From: Trichoplax adhaerens | Lineage: Eukaryota; Animalia; Placozoa | Length of the DNA: 64,000 nucleotides | NCBI RefSeq assembly: GCF_000150275.1 | Contig: NW_002060948.1 | Location: 3,733,183-3,797,182 of the forward strand | Reading direction: 5' to 3' | In this document: piece by piece, positions 51,761 through 64,000 of the stretch | Layout: each line of letters begins with the position of its first letter | Position numbering within the stretch: the stretch's first letter is position 1 | Program-made: the position numbers and the translations under genes | Notes under the pieces: model-generated | The model's input: only the letters and a program-made list of their open reading frames with translations | What the model was told of the DNA's origin: nothing | Databases searched by the model: none

Positions 51761-54700
51761 ATGAACATGTCGCAGGTAAATTTGGATTCATCTGTTAGGG
51801 ATTGCATCCAATATGATCGCAAGGCGATGACCTCCATTCTAGTCTAATTTTAATGTATGAAAAAAAAAAAATTGCCTGATTTTATTGTTGTTGTTGTATC
51901 GTGCTTGTTGTAGGCAAATGTATCTGAGACTTCGATGACTTTCGGCCCGGAATGGTAAGTCTGTATTGATTGCGTAGCGTAGGTCAATGAGCAAGCACAA
52001 AATTGTCAAAATCCCATGCCTAGTTCAACGCCAATCCTATCTACTGTTAACAGTCGAGCACAACATACTACCATAATAGGAAATCATCCAATAATCATCC
52101 GCACAACATTGCATCGCCAAGCAAGCATCCTGATTTGTTGTCAAAGGTCGCCACTACACTGTAGTATTGACTTGAGAACAGAGCGCTACAATGTAAGCAA
52201 CCACGGTACCGTTCATCATGTGTCCATCATTGGACGACTTTTCCATGCTGATCATAACTGGATCCTCAGCAAAGTATTTCATTAACTCACTTTGGTACCC
52301 CCCCCGATTGAAGACCATCAGCTTTCAATTTTAGTATTGACATCATGGAACCGATACTGCTTCATCAACAAACTTGCTTTCGAGATGAATAGACGCATGG
52401 ACTAGATGTGTTGTCCAATAACACTGGTCTACTACCGTACGGCTTCCATAAATCGAGCGAAATGACTCCATGAACCATGTCAATACAGTACGAGAACATG
52501 GCATGTTGTTCTACAACTAGTGTATACTTACATCGTACTCCAGTGACTAGCATTTAAAGCAACCTTACAGTCGTAAGATATTTGGCGCACTATGCATAAC
52601 AGCAGTCCGTAATAAAGTAGGATTCGACTCAACCTTCCTTGCTAACTCGTTCCATTCCATTTTGCTAGGAATATAAAAATTAAAAGCCAAACTTTGTACA
52701 ATCGTAGCGATCCAAGCCTATTCAAGGTGATCGCCACACGATTAAACAGTTTCCTGATTTCCATCGTTGCTCCTTTTAGTTTACACTCGATCCTACGTTG
52801 TTTACAGTACTATAGACAAGACTTGCTGTTAACAAGCTGACTTGAAGGATAGCGTTTTGGTACTGATACTGTCCAGGTGTAGAATAGACTAGACTGATGA
52901 ACTTTTTCCTGTCCACGTCCATACTCTCTACCCTTGTAACATAGTCTCCATACCCTGATTACAGCCTAGTGTAGCCCTAGACGCGATCTCCAAGTACCAG
53001 ACATTATTCGCACACTGTATCATGTTGTCATCATGCTAGAGCTAAAATGCGCCTTGCAATGCTCATTTTTCAATCTTTTCCCCTTGAAATCACTTCATTC
53101 AGCATTCAATCAAGTTCAATACTGATGATTTAAAGTTACCGTTGTGCTATACCATCCTCGATAATGTACTTCATCAAGGGAGAGATGTCCGTTGACTGCA
53201 GTGCATTCCTATACGACGCATACGTTGACAAATGCCCTAGAGGTTGTAGACTGATCGAGTGTTAGTCTTTTTTTTTTCCCCCTTTGGCTATTATTCAAAA
53301 TGGATCGTATATCAATCCCTTGCGATCCACTTTACCTCTCCTTCTACTGTAGTCATCATGCAATTTCAACTCCACTGTAAAACTTGGATCTTCCATTGCG
53401 TCTTCGTTTCAGCTAGCGTAGGACATTGTTGTTGTTGTCCAAATTGAACGTTGCAAATGGATGGTTGTTAGTCAAGCCGTTGGGATGAGTGAAATCGGCC
53501 ATTCCTAACATGGAGTATAAAGTAGATATCCTTGTAAAACGGCGACGTTAAGGTCAATGGATCAGATTTTAGTATAAACGACACTGGTTCAACTTAACAA
53601 TTCTTCTCTTGGCACTTATCCCCACTTAGTACTAGTTTTGAAAACAGTGGTCAATCAAATTAGTTTATGATAAGCAAAGCGATGCGATGTTGTAAAGCCA
53701 AGCGTAAGCAATGGAGAGTCAACAGTCATAAACTTACAGCAATACTGTCCTCCACGTTGAACCGCTATGTAATGTGTATAGTAGACGTACTGCAAAAGAT
53801 CAAACTCTACAATCCTTCTCCAATGAGTCCAATAAATCTTTGCTACTACAGAGATAACAATGGAAAGGAGTTCATTTTAGAACATTTTGGGGGTCTCAGA
53901 CTTGTACAGTGGAAGTTTTATTTACAATGTCGCCAATTCCTATCAAAATGTTACTGTATTACAATTTTGCAACTTGGCCAGGATATCGCATAGTGACAGT
54001 ACTGTCCTGGTCCAATCGTAAACTACAAACCAATGAAAACGGATTCTACTGGCAATCTTCTTTGGATAGTCCTAAATCAATTTCACTATTCTCTTACGCT
54101 TCAAAATCGATCCCTTTTAAATCAACGTGAACGGATATTCTACAGTACTCGATACAGCTTGTATATATTTATCGACAACATATACAATACGCGCTGATGC
54201 AATTTTAGACTAATGAAGAAACGTAGTCAAAATCAATTTTGACCGGGGTAGGCCAGGGCTATGTATGAACATGTCATGACTCTTTGAAGTTGGCTTTCCA
54301 TTGGATATCATGGATAAAAATGTTCAGTTGTACATGCAATTACTCACACTACTGTAGCATGCCATTGTCAATGTCTTGGGCGTTGTTAATCCATTTATCT
54401 TTACGCAATATAGATCTTAAGTGTACTTTAGGCTTCATCTTAATCGACATTGTCATTTTTGTACAAGAATTTTACATCCATTTTTTCCTCACCGGTAACA
54501 ATTAATGAACAATTTTACCTTCCATTCAGTCTTAATCATTTTTGTCTTACAAAGAAAAAATTGCAAAAGTTAAAAGGTTAAGATAGAGGAATAGAGCGAA
54601 TGGGTAAAAAGTCCTGCATGATGAAAGACAGTGTGATATCAATTTCTTCCTTTGTAGCTCTCTTTCAAAACTACTTTTCTCCTAATTTTGGCCATTCTAC

Positions 54701-57700
54701 GATACAGTCTTATTCATGAGTTGACATTTTACTACATCGTCTATAATCCTGATAGAAAAAGTGAAAGTCTAAAATACTACTTCAGTGTTGTTTAGAATAC
54801 AGAGAAAAGACTTTGGACGTTAAGTCAATACTGGCTACAATCATGGCTTAGGCTTTTCTATCCAATGAGAAATGAATAATCTATTTTTCTGCCGATACTA
54901 AGATTACTAAAGGCTAAATAATCTATCGCATTGTATCTTACTACCTAATAGAAAGTTTTTTTTGAAATTCATGTTATGATACGTCTAGATACAACAGAAT
55001 GGACCAAATTAAGATGTATATGCATACTACAGTACTACACAAACTTCAACAAGTTTAGGAATGATAGAGCAGTACTGTACAGGATTTAATCAATCATACC
55101 AAGGACTATTCCTCCTAGTGGTCCTTGATGATACATATTGACGTAGAAGATAATATTTCATGATTGTGTGTAAAGTATATGCTGCTAGTGCATATAGCTG
55201 GACTTTACATAGTCGTCTTTCGTCTTCTTAACTACGATTCTGTGCTAATACGTCATTGAAACAAAAAAGAATACTGTACAATAGTTATCTTGTTGTATTT
55301 ATTGAACGGTGTAATAGAGAGCGTAGCAGTGACCTTCTGGGCAATTTAGAACTAGTGGAAGGTTTCGACAGCTCTCGCTATTCTTATTTTTTACACTGGT
55401 ATATTTCTATAGTGTATATCTGTAAATTTGTAGCTTTGCTCCTTGCGCTGTATGGATACGTATTAGTATCGCAAAGTTCAAAGAATTGATATGATTTCTG
55501 AACATCATCACTAGGCTAAAAAAAGATACTAATTTAAAATCAATTTACACTTAACGTACAATTATCACGACTGTGTTGACAGCGATATTATTGCACTTAC
55601 GTAGATATCTCTTCATACCCTTCCTACTATATACGATATACCAATATAATGTATACTAGTACAGTGTAGACTAGGATATACAGAAATGGTGCAATTTATT
55701 TTTTATCACGTTAGGCCGAATACTTGTATTATGATTCGCTCGCGATCATGGCATCATAAAATTGATTATCCTGTCCTTTCATTCCATTACTTGATTAAGT
55801 GAAACTGAAACCAACGCCCTATGAACGTAAAATTCGTCCTTATTGCATACAGTAGGCAATAATCAAGAGATATCCACACATAATAAAATTACTATTATTA
55901 AATTTGTCTTTTAGGTAACTTATGTAAATCGTGCCAATGTCATCATGTTAGCTTGACACATGTTTAATTACTTAGAATAGTATCGATGACACACAATACA
56001 AGATCGAATAGATATAGCTATAATACCATCTTGCAGGATTGAATGTTAGCTTACTGTTAAGGCTATCATTTTATCGAGAAGGAATACGCATTAGTTAATT
56101 TGAAACTCAAGATTAGGACCAGATATTACTATCAATATTGTCGTAGTTAATTATTGAGGACATGTAGATTTCTCTAGAACGTTTCATGTAAATTGTAGTA
56201 CCTCCATGTAGTCTTATTTGGATTTAATATCTGAGCAGACAACGATAATATTGTCATGTAAAAAATTCTTAGGTAGCATATTTATTCATGGCGTATAAAA
56301 CTTATAATTATACGAATACGATAGAGTATAGGATCGTTTGCTTCGCCTTTTTTTCTCTTCTACTTGTAATAATGATTAAAATCGCTAGAGAATTATATCT
56401 TACAAATTATATCAGATTGGTTAACCTTTATCCTAAGATTGTTTATAATAAATGGATAACGCTGTACATCTAACGTTACGTTGTTTTCCATATCAATTTT
56501 ATATGCTCTAGTTTAATTGTTTTCCTTGCATTTCTTAGGCTACGAAATTTACCTTTAACAGGTGGCGGCGGGCTAAATATAACTTCACCACCTCGCTCAC
56601 CGATTTTTGTAGAACAAGAGAGTGGTAAAATAGTTTATAATAAAGAAGAATTAATACAATATTATAAGAAGGTAAAAGACATCCCGCGAGTATTAGAGAA
56701 ATGCCCGGTACTATTACATCCAGAACCGCTATTGCCCATGACTATGATACCTCTATCTGAAGAAGAGCAGCGTAATGCTGCAAGCGTTAATAGTGCCGTA
56801 GCACTCAGAATGACTGGTCGTGGCGGTAGCCATCCTCGTGGGCGCGGTAGTGTCAGAGGAAGAGGTAACTTTCATTACTTTTATCGCAAGACATGAAATT
56901 CAATGACTGCTATAGTAATAGGCTACTTTATATGCTTCAAATTGCGTAATATCTACAATTTTTTAAACCAATAATCTACTAAAGATGTAGTATGCACATA
57001 TCTGCTCTCGATACTGTTTTGTTATCACTTAATTCTCAATTTTTAGATCAATACCGTTGTATACGTACTGTATATATATTATACACTTATACAGTATATG
57101 TACCGTACCATACATAGATTGGTTAATAAATTTCGACATTTTTGAATAGATTTTTAATTTTAGTAAAGTTCTTATCCATACAGTATTAGAACACGTTAGT
57201 ATTTTACTTGATGTTATTAAGCTATAGTAAAATCTTCCTTTTCCGGTTTTGTTTTTGTTTCAGGTCGAGGTCGTGGTGATGCTTATTATATACGCACTGG
57301 TAGCGATGACGGTAACACCAGCGGACATCCTACTTTTACACGAAGTCGTAGTGGTGAAGGCAAATCATCCTGGGATATTGAAAGGTAAGAGATTTTATTG
57401 GCATTATGATTAAATATTATACGTAGTTGTAGTTAATATAAATTAATTTAGTACATGATTTTACATAAGTATTATATACATGTATAATTTGATAGATCAG
57501 ATCATCAGATATTTTTATTCGTGAAATCTTGTAAGGCTATTGTTGATTGTTTTAGTCATAGCCCTATACTTTCGATATCAACAGCTATAAATAAATTGAT
57601 CAAATCACTGTAACAATTGACTTTTTATATTATTATTGCCCGCCTTTATTCCATATGTCACAAGTCCACGAGATGGTAAGTCTTTTCTATTGTAAGCAAT

Positions 57701-60700
57701 AGAAATTTGTAATAAATTAGTGATGTAGTGAGTGTGTTATGCTTGGAATCATTTTAGTGCATTGTCACATTCATACAGTACTATTGATATTAGATACATA
57801 ATAATTTTTATTGTAATCTTTAGGTCAAAATAAACAAGAAAATAATCGGCCAGTAAAAAATAGCTGGAGATCTGAAAGCTTAACTTCAGAAGATGACAAT
57901 GGATGGAAATTTGCTGGTCGAGGCAATAATCCAAATAAGTCTCCACGTGTACTAACTGGTAGTGGCAACTGGAGAAGTAGTAGTTCAGGTATTTAGTTAT
58001 TACAAATTTTGATTGATAATTTTTCTGACAAAAATTTCCGCTGAAATTAATTGTACGTGCAACCAGTATTGTATTAATTAAGATTAAGATAATAATTGTT
58101 AACATCAAGTGTGCATATCTAAACAAAAACCAAAAGTACTTAACAGTAGACGTTTTTAGAATCAAGAACATGGAATAGTAGGACAAATTACCAACAAAAA
58201 AATCACTACAGTAATGATGATTCGTATGATTTACCGGAATGGAGCCAGGATGGCGTTGACGACATTATTGGAACTTTCGATGGTTCTGGGGCATTTTGCT
58301 CTCAAAAGGTATCGAAGAAATTATAGATAGGATTTAATTTCTTCTTACTAAGGCTTAAAACTCTATCTTCAGATGGAAAGTGGTGAAATAGAAACATTCG
58401 AGAGTGATAATAAGAGTGGTATACAAGTTGAAGCGGAAGAAAATTCAACGGTAAAAGCTAAAAATTTTAGACCGTGTGTAGTTTATTTCATCTAAGAATA
58501 TTGAAGTCCGTCGTTGATATCAATCATGTACCATTAGTTCTACCATGAATACATTGTATGTTCCATTTATCGCTCTAACTGTGTACTTTTCTTTGTATTT
58601 TATAATGCAGACAAATGATATCAAAGAATCTGATAGGCAACAAGGAGTAGTAGATGGATTAGGTATTTAGCAAGATATAATAAAAATAGATATGATAATA
58701 AACTAAATGTAATGTATCGTTTAAAAATGATAGTTTGAACCAATATTAAAAATTTAATATATTTTCGGATGGTTATGGTTGTTAGAATACGTTGCTCCTG
58801 TTCGTGACGATTTAAGATCGACCGTAAAAGATAATGTTAGTGCAACAATAGATGATAACAAAGATTTAGAAGAACATCTACCTGAATCTCTTCGCTTAGC
58901 AATAAGTGACGATCAGCTGCCGGAATCTTTACGTAATGTTATCGAACAACTAGATACAGAATCATGTAGTGCGAAAACGACAGATAATGTTCGTGAAATT
59001 TTTTCAAGTTGATATTCTCGAACGTTAGCCCATGAATCTCCACCTTTATAATTCATATTTATTACCTATAGCATCAACAACAAGTTGTAGATAATAATGC
59101 AAGCAGGAATGATATGTCGGTCAGTTTGCAATTGTGACATAATAGATTTTTTAAAATTTTTGATACGGAGTTCGTAACGTTACATTCTAAATTGTGTAGA
59201 TGAGGATAGATAATATGGGGAAAGATGGTAACTTAGTAAGTGAAGATGAAAAATGGCTTTATCAGGATCCTCAGGGCAAATTACAAGGTAGATTTTATTG
59301 TAAATTGAATGAGGTAAATGCTTAGTTGGTGGTTTGACGTAATCAACCTTATCCATTAGGCCCATTTGGAAATAATGAAATGCTAGAGTGGTTAAAAGCG
59401 GGATTCTTCGCTCCTAATTTGCCAGTCAAAAGAGCATGTGATGACTATTTATTGCCTTTAGGTTGGTTCTCATCTGTAATCGAGTTAGCAATTAGTTTCT
59501 TATGTTAACTTTTATTCTCTAAAAGTAATCTATAATACTTACAGGGAAGGTTATTAGAATTTGGAAGAGGATTCCTTTCCAACCTGGTCCTGCGCCTCCT
59601 CCATTCAAGGTATCTTAAATTTATTCAATTTGATACCACAACCTTTTATATTTGATATATAGGATATTCTTGCTTTCCATAAATTGCTTAAATATGCGTC
59701 AATCTATAGATCAGTCAAGAACAAGTTATACAACATCAGCAGTATCAACAACCACAACATCAACAGTCCCAGCACCAACATCAACAATCTCAACATCAAC
59801 AATCACAACATCAACAACAACAACAAATGGCTGCTATGGCTGCTGCAAAGGAACAGCGACTATTTTTACAAAGACAATTAATGGCCCAGAAGTTGATGCA
59901 GCAGCAACAACAACAGCATATGTATCAACATCAAATGATGTTATATATGCAACAGATGCATCTCCAACAACAGCAAATGTCTCCAGAGGCATTAAATATG
60001 GCTTTACAACAAAATTCACAGAACCCTACAACTGTTGAATCTGAATCTGATAATCGAATGGAATCTCACGAAAGTAATACAAATCAACAAAAACCGAAAT
60101 CGGGTATTGAACGAAGTGACGTTACACGCTATTGTATTGTGTAATTTAGACCAGTATCTAATTAAAATTGCTTTTAATAATAGCATGGAATATGACTCAA
60201 GTTAAACCAGCTGATGCTTGGAACGGATCTGAAAGGTACCGTAATGTATCTTGGTCAATCACATATTTTGATTATTGATTTTTAGTACGAATATTTGTAA
60301 AAATATCATTATTATGCATAGTAACCAAAGTGAACATAAAGTACCGGATAATCAGGTATTAGACACAACCATTACTGTTGCATACAGATCTAAGGAAATC
60401 TGTTCGTTTTATCCGTAATAACAATACGCTGTACAGTATATTGTTAGCAGAAATTGACAGCCGTTTATAATACTACAGGATCAACCAGTATCTATATCAC
60501 AGTCTCAACTAGAAGAGGAGTGGGTAAAGAATGCAGAAGGACGCAGAGAAAAGCAAACTCAGCCAAATATGGCAATTCTTGAGGAGAGTCAGTCACTAGC
60601 GAAACAACATCAACAGCTTCAATCTGCAGCAAGCTCTGCGAGACAAGCTTCAATTAATATGAACATTAGTCATGAACAATGGAAAATGACTTCTGCCACT

Positions 60701-62573
60701 TCTCCAGTTTCCTTAGCGCAAATACAAGCCGAAGAAGCTAGGCGAATAGCTGAAGAACAGGTACATAATTGAATTACAGGTTTCACTAGACTTTATGAAA
60801 TCTTATAATTGGAATATTCGTATTTAACAGCGACTACGCCAGCAGCAAGTGCATCTACAGCAACAGCAAACTGATCAAAATAGAAGTTTTGTTGGAAATT
60901 GGGTTTCTAATTCTCGGTAAGTAGTGTGTACCCATTCTTTACTTTTTCATAATAACAAAATTATCAATGCTTTATTATATATTTTTTTGCTGGATTATAA
61001 TTATATCAAATATACTAGCAGCAGTAGTGATGGAATGTCGAATAGTCCGATATCTTTGGTTGATATCCAAAAGGAGCAATCGTCGCGAAATGAAGAAAAA
61101 TTACGACAACAACAAATGGTAATAAAGTAGTATTTTATATGATTGTTGATTTATCTTACTAAACTCATTGCTATCTATTTGCGTATCAGCAGACATCTGT
61201 TTCCTCTAACGTGACCCGGACGTCTGGCTGGGGATCATCACCAATGGTCCATCAGAATGTTAAAGTTCAACCTACATCAGGCAACAGTGGTCCAATAAAC
61301 TCGGGCTTACTTGGTCAGGTTATTTCGTCAAGAGGATTAACTAACGAAACCGTAAAAACACGCAATCCTTTGGATGAAACGACATTAGTTAATCGTCCAA
61401 ATCCCTCTCTTCAATCATTTTTTCACCCTGATATTTCTAACAAGTTAGTTTTTAATTACTGTAAATGTGCTTCATGTTGAAATAATTTGAAAATGTTTAA
61501 ATACATCAAAATATTTTTCTGTTCTAGATCTGCATTTCCAGAACTTTCAACCAACAAACAAGGTGTAAAAACTTCTCAAGAGAGGGTAATGACATCTTGC
61601 AACTTATTTCATTGAATATTTGTAAATGTGAAATGTAACGTTTCTGCTTTAATGTCAGGGTGATGTTACTCGAGTCTCTAATACAGCTTATAATCCAGAA
61701 AATGCATTGATTCAATGGTGTGAAAGACGTTTAGCTGGAATTGAAACAACTATTGATAGTATGTGTATTATCATATTATAACCGTTATCGAATAATTTGT
61801 TACTACTTTATTATGTTACTGAAACAAGCTACCGGCCAGTAGTATAATGAACTTTCAAAGTTACGGATTCATTCCTATAATATTTTTTTTTCACATAGTC
61901 CCGACATTCGCTAGATTCATTTCATCTTTAGGATCTCCTGCCGAGGTATTTACGTTGCGATACTTAATAGTAACGATGTATTAGTATTTTATCGTATCTT
62001 GTATCATCTAACTAATACCACTTTATCGGAAGGTTCGCGATTATCTTAAGATGTATTTGGGAAGTACAGAAGAAGTAAAGAATTTTTTCAATGACTATGT
62101 TAGGAAAAGACGGGAATGTGAATCGGTTAGAATTATTCATGTTGTATTTTTTGATCGATATTTTTTTAACACACTAAGTATGCTTTTCATATTAAAAGCA
62201 GCAATTTCCAAAAGCCTCACCTGGTAACATGAAAGAAACAACTACAGATATGGAGCCATCAGTAAGGAGTGAAACTCGCGAGGAATCACAAGTCGAGGTT
62301 AATTAAGAGAAAGCGTATTTATTTGTATGACTGATCAGTCAGATAGCAATTTTATAAAATTTGATTAACAAATCTCTTTCCTTGGACAATCAGGCAAACG
62401 AATCACCATCGCCAACATCTAAAAGTAACAACTCTAGTAATGCCAATAATTCGAATAAGAAAAAAAAGAAAAGGATGCAAAAAGTTGATCCAAGTATATT
62501 AGGTTTTAGCGGCAGTTCAGGAGATCGAATTAATCAAGGTGCCATCCAGTCATTGCGTGATGTGGAATATTAA
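51761..62573 (+). CDS. GIGYF2: GRB10-interacting GYF protein (GIGYF1/2 ortholog)
   Basis: Micro-exons 51761-51775 (MNMSQ) and 51914-51954 (ANVSETSMTFGPEW) precede a 4.6-kb intron. The exon from 56539 gives LRNL...YNKEELI...PLSEEEQR...NSAVALR. Then LPEW...GTFDGSGAF (DDX6-binding-like, about 58231), the GYF domain WLYQDPQGKLQGPF...WLKAGFF (59254-59460), poly-Q, and C-terminal KKKKRMQKVDPSILGFS. Stop at 62571-62573. Confidence 0.93.
52830..53460 (-). mobile_element. pogo/DDE_1 transposase remnant in GIGYF intron 2
   Basis: Minus strand TFNLD (about 53437-53451, IFNxDE-like), PF*IIAKG (about 53280-53303, PxxIxKG), RGWY (about 53149-53160) and SILHLD...SFKS (about 52838-52889, SxLQPLD..FK-like). 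Confidence 0.5.
53667..54040 (+). mobile_element. rve integrase remnant (Gypsy/Ginger/Maverick type) in GIGYF intron 2
   Basis: ORF 53667-53993 contains a frameshifted CxxC, NRYVMCIVDVLQK (KYILxxxDxFSK-like) and P...RDNNGKEF (SDNGKEF-like). QTN follows at about 54026. Confidence 0.55.
54094..54510 (-). mobile_element. mariner transposase catalytic-domain remnant in GIGYF intron 2
   Basis: Minus strand IVTGEEK(W) (54480-54502, IVTGDEKW), KPKVH, FIHD (about 54308-54319, HDNA-like), HSPGLPRS (about 54240-54263, YSPDLAPS) and a terminal VDLKGIDFEA* (stop at 54094). Confidence 0.65.
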
Positions 62574-63146
62574 TATTGCAATTATCATGCTATCATCATT
62601 AAATATTTTACAGATAGCTTACTACATTTTCATTCAATTCATAATTCTTATCCATCAATAATTAAGCCTTATCGTATCATATTAATGATAACGTATGAAT
62701 TGAATTCTGATCTATCTAATACGAGCGAACGGCACTTCTTAACAAGATAAAACTTTACAGCTAGTATCAGCCGCAAGAGCAATAAAATGTTGTATATATA
62801 ATAAATATATATATACAGGATCTGTAAACAAATTTACATAAGACAACATCATTTCTACAAGTTAAACTATTCAATAAACATATTAGTTGATTTACATTTC
62901 ATGCTGTTGGATGATTATCGATATTTGGCAATACTCATTTCAGATTGCTATTTAATAGGCTAGAGTAAGTCCATCAACAAAAGCAGTTATTTCTTGTATA
63001 TTTAATATACAGTATAAGTGAGCTGGTGATAGATTATACGTTAGTCTTTAAAGTAAATGTAAGCTGTGCCGATCACCAATTTAGCAGTCTTAAACACAGC
63101 CATATTGTAAATTGGGGTTTTCACCTAATGTCTATGAGGATAATGA

Positions 63147-64000
63147 CTATGATGTCTTTGACAATCGAAATTGTTTAAATGATACTTTGATACTATCATC
63201 TATCAACTCAAATAAGGCTGCATTTGGACCAGACCTTAAAGCAATTGCTTCTGCTGATTCTTGGCAGCTATTGATTGCTCGACTATCACATAAGCTCACT
63301 TTATTTAATAATAACATTTCGATAGTAGAACGCGCTTCACCTTGCCCTCTTGATGCAAGATGCAACGGAGTTTGACCACTTCCAGTCTTTGCGTTGATAT
63401 CAGCGCCAGCTTGTAATAGCAGTGAAGCGATATCAGTATGAAACCAGTGACAAGCGCAATGCAATGGTTGCCAGCCATCATTGGTCTCAGCTGAGATATT
63501 TGCACCGCGTTTAATTAACATCTCAACTATTTTGATACCGCTATGATTTCCTGCAGCTCGATGTAACGCTGTGTAACTAGCAATGAAAATAAAATTAAAG
63601 TTCGTTGTTAGTTTATTAGGTCAACTATGAAGTTAGTACGAATTTTAGTTTTGCTATTCTTAAGTTTTCATGGACTCTTTACCCACTGTAATTGACATAA
63701 ATCAAGGTGAAAGTATTGTACAGCATATAAAGAAGGTAGTTTTTTTTGGTGTTAATCTATTTTATATTCGTATTCTATTCATTAGTTATAATCATTCAAT
63801 TTAAAATACTGTAAATACAATTAGGATTTAATATTTTTGATAGAAACAAATCCTATCTTGATTGTTTCCTTTTACAATATTCAAACAATCAATGCTACAA
63901 GTCTATTAGTAATTAGGCAAGTCTTACCCATCACTATCCGTATAGTGTATGATATCGTTACATCGATCGAGCAGTTTTTGCACTAAACTTTGATTAGCAT
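63147..64000 (-). CDS. ANKRD49: Ankyrin repeat domain-containing protein 49-like, 3' part; gene starts beyond the window
   Basis: Exons 63928-64000 (DDIIHYTDSDG) and 63147-63576 (YTALHRAA...TNDGWQPLHCACHW...DINAKTGSGQTPLHLAS...TIEMLLLN). This matches the ANKRD49 pattern DGWTPLHSACKW...TPLHLAA from memory. Confidence 0.82.

Noticed and set aside
59652-60038. Thr-rich, Asn-rich and antisense ORFs
   Set aside because: Alternative frames of the GIGYF poly-Q (CAA-rich) exon.
63112-63375. 87-aa plus-strand ORF
   Set aside because: Antisense shadow of the ANKRD49 last exon.

Overview
AT-rich eukaryotic DNA with short introns (mostly about 65-150 nt) and metazoan genes. The style fits a compact early-branching animal such as a placozoan (Trichoplax-like), which is an inference. 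Genes in order: the 3' end of LEKR1 (+), an intronless class A GPCR (+), syntaxin-1 (-), USP48 (+), proteasome beta1/PSMB6 (-), a solitary histone H3.3 (-), a Kv channel beta subunit KCNAB (-, first coding intron GC-AG), GIGYF (+) and the 3' end of ANKRD49 (-). No tRNA, rRNA or CRISPR was found. The non-coding DNA shows three patterns. (1) The 14-kb gap before the GPCR and the long early introns contain heavily eroded transposon fossils: Ty3/Gypsy pol, LINE RT, Penelope RT, pogo and mariner transposases. I read these by eye across stops and frameshifts, so they are tentative. (2) Promoter regions carry young tandem duplications. (3) Promoter-proximal DNA is dense in mixed-orientation TACAGTA/TACTGTA units. 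These match the canonical Tc1-type excision footprint and may record repeated insertion and excision at open chromatin. Pattern 3 is the best candidate for something undescribed.
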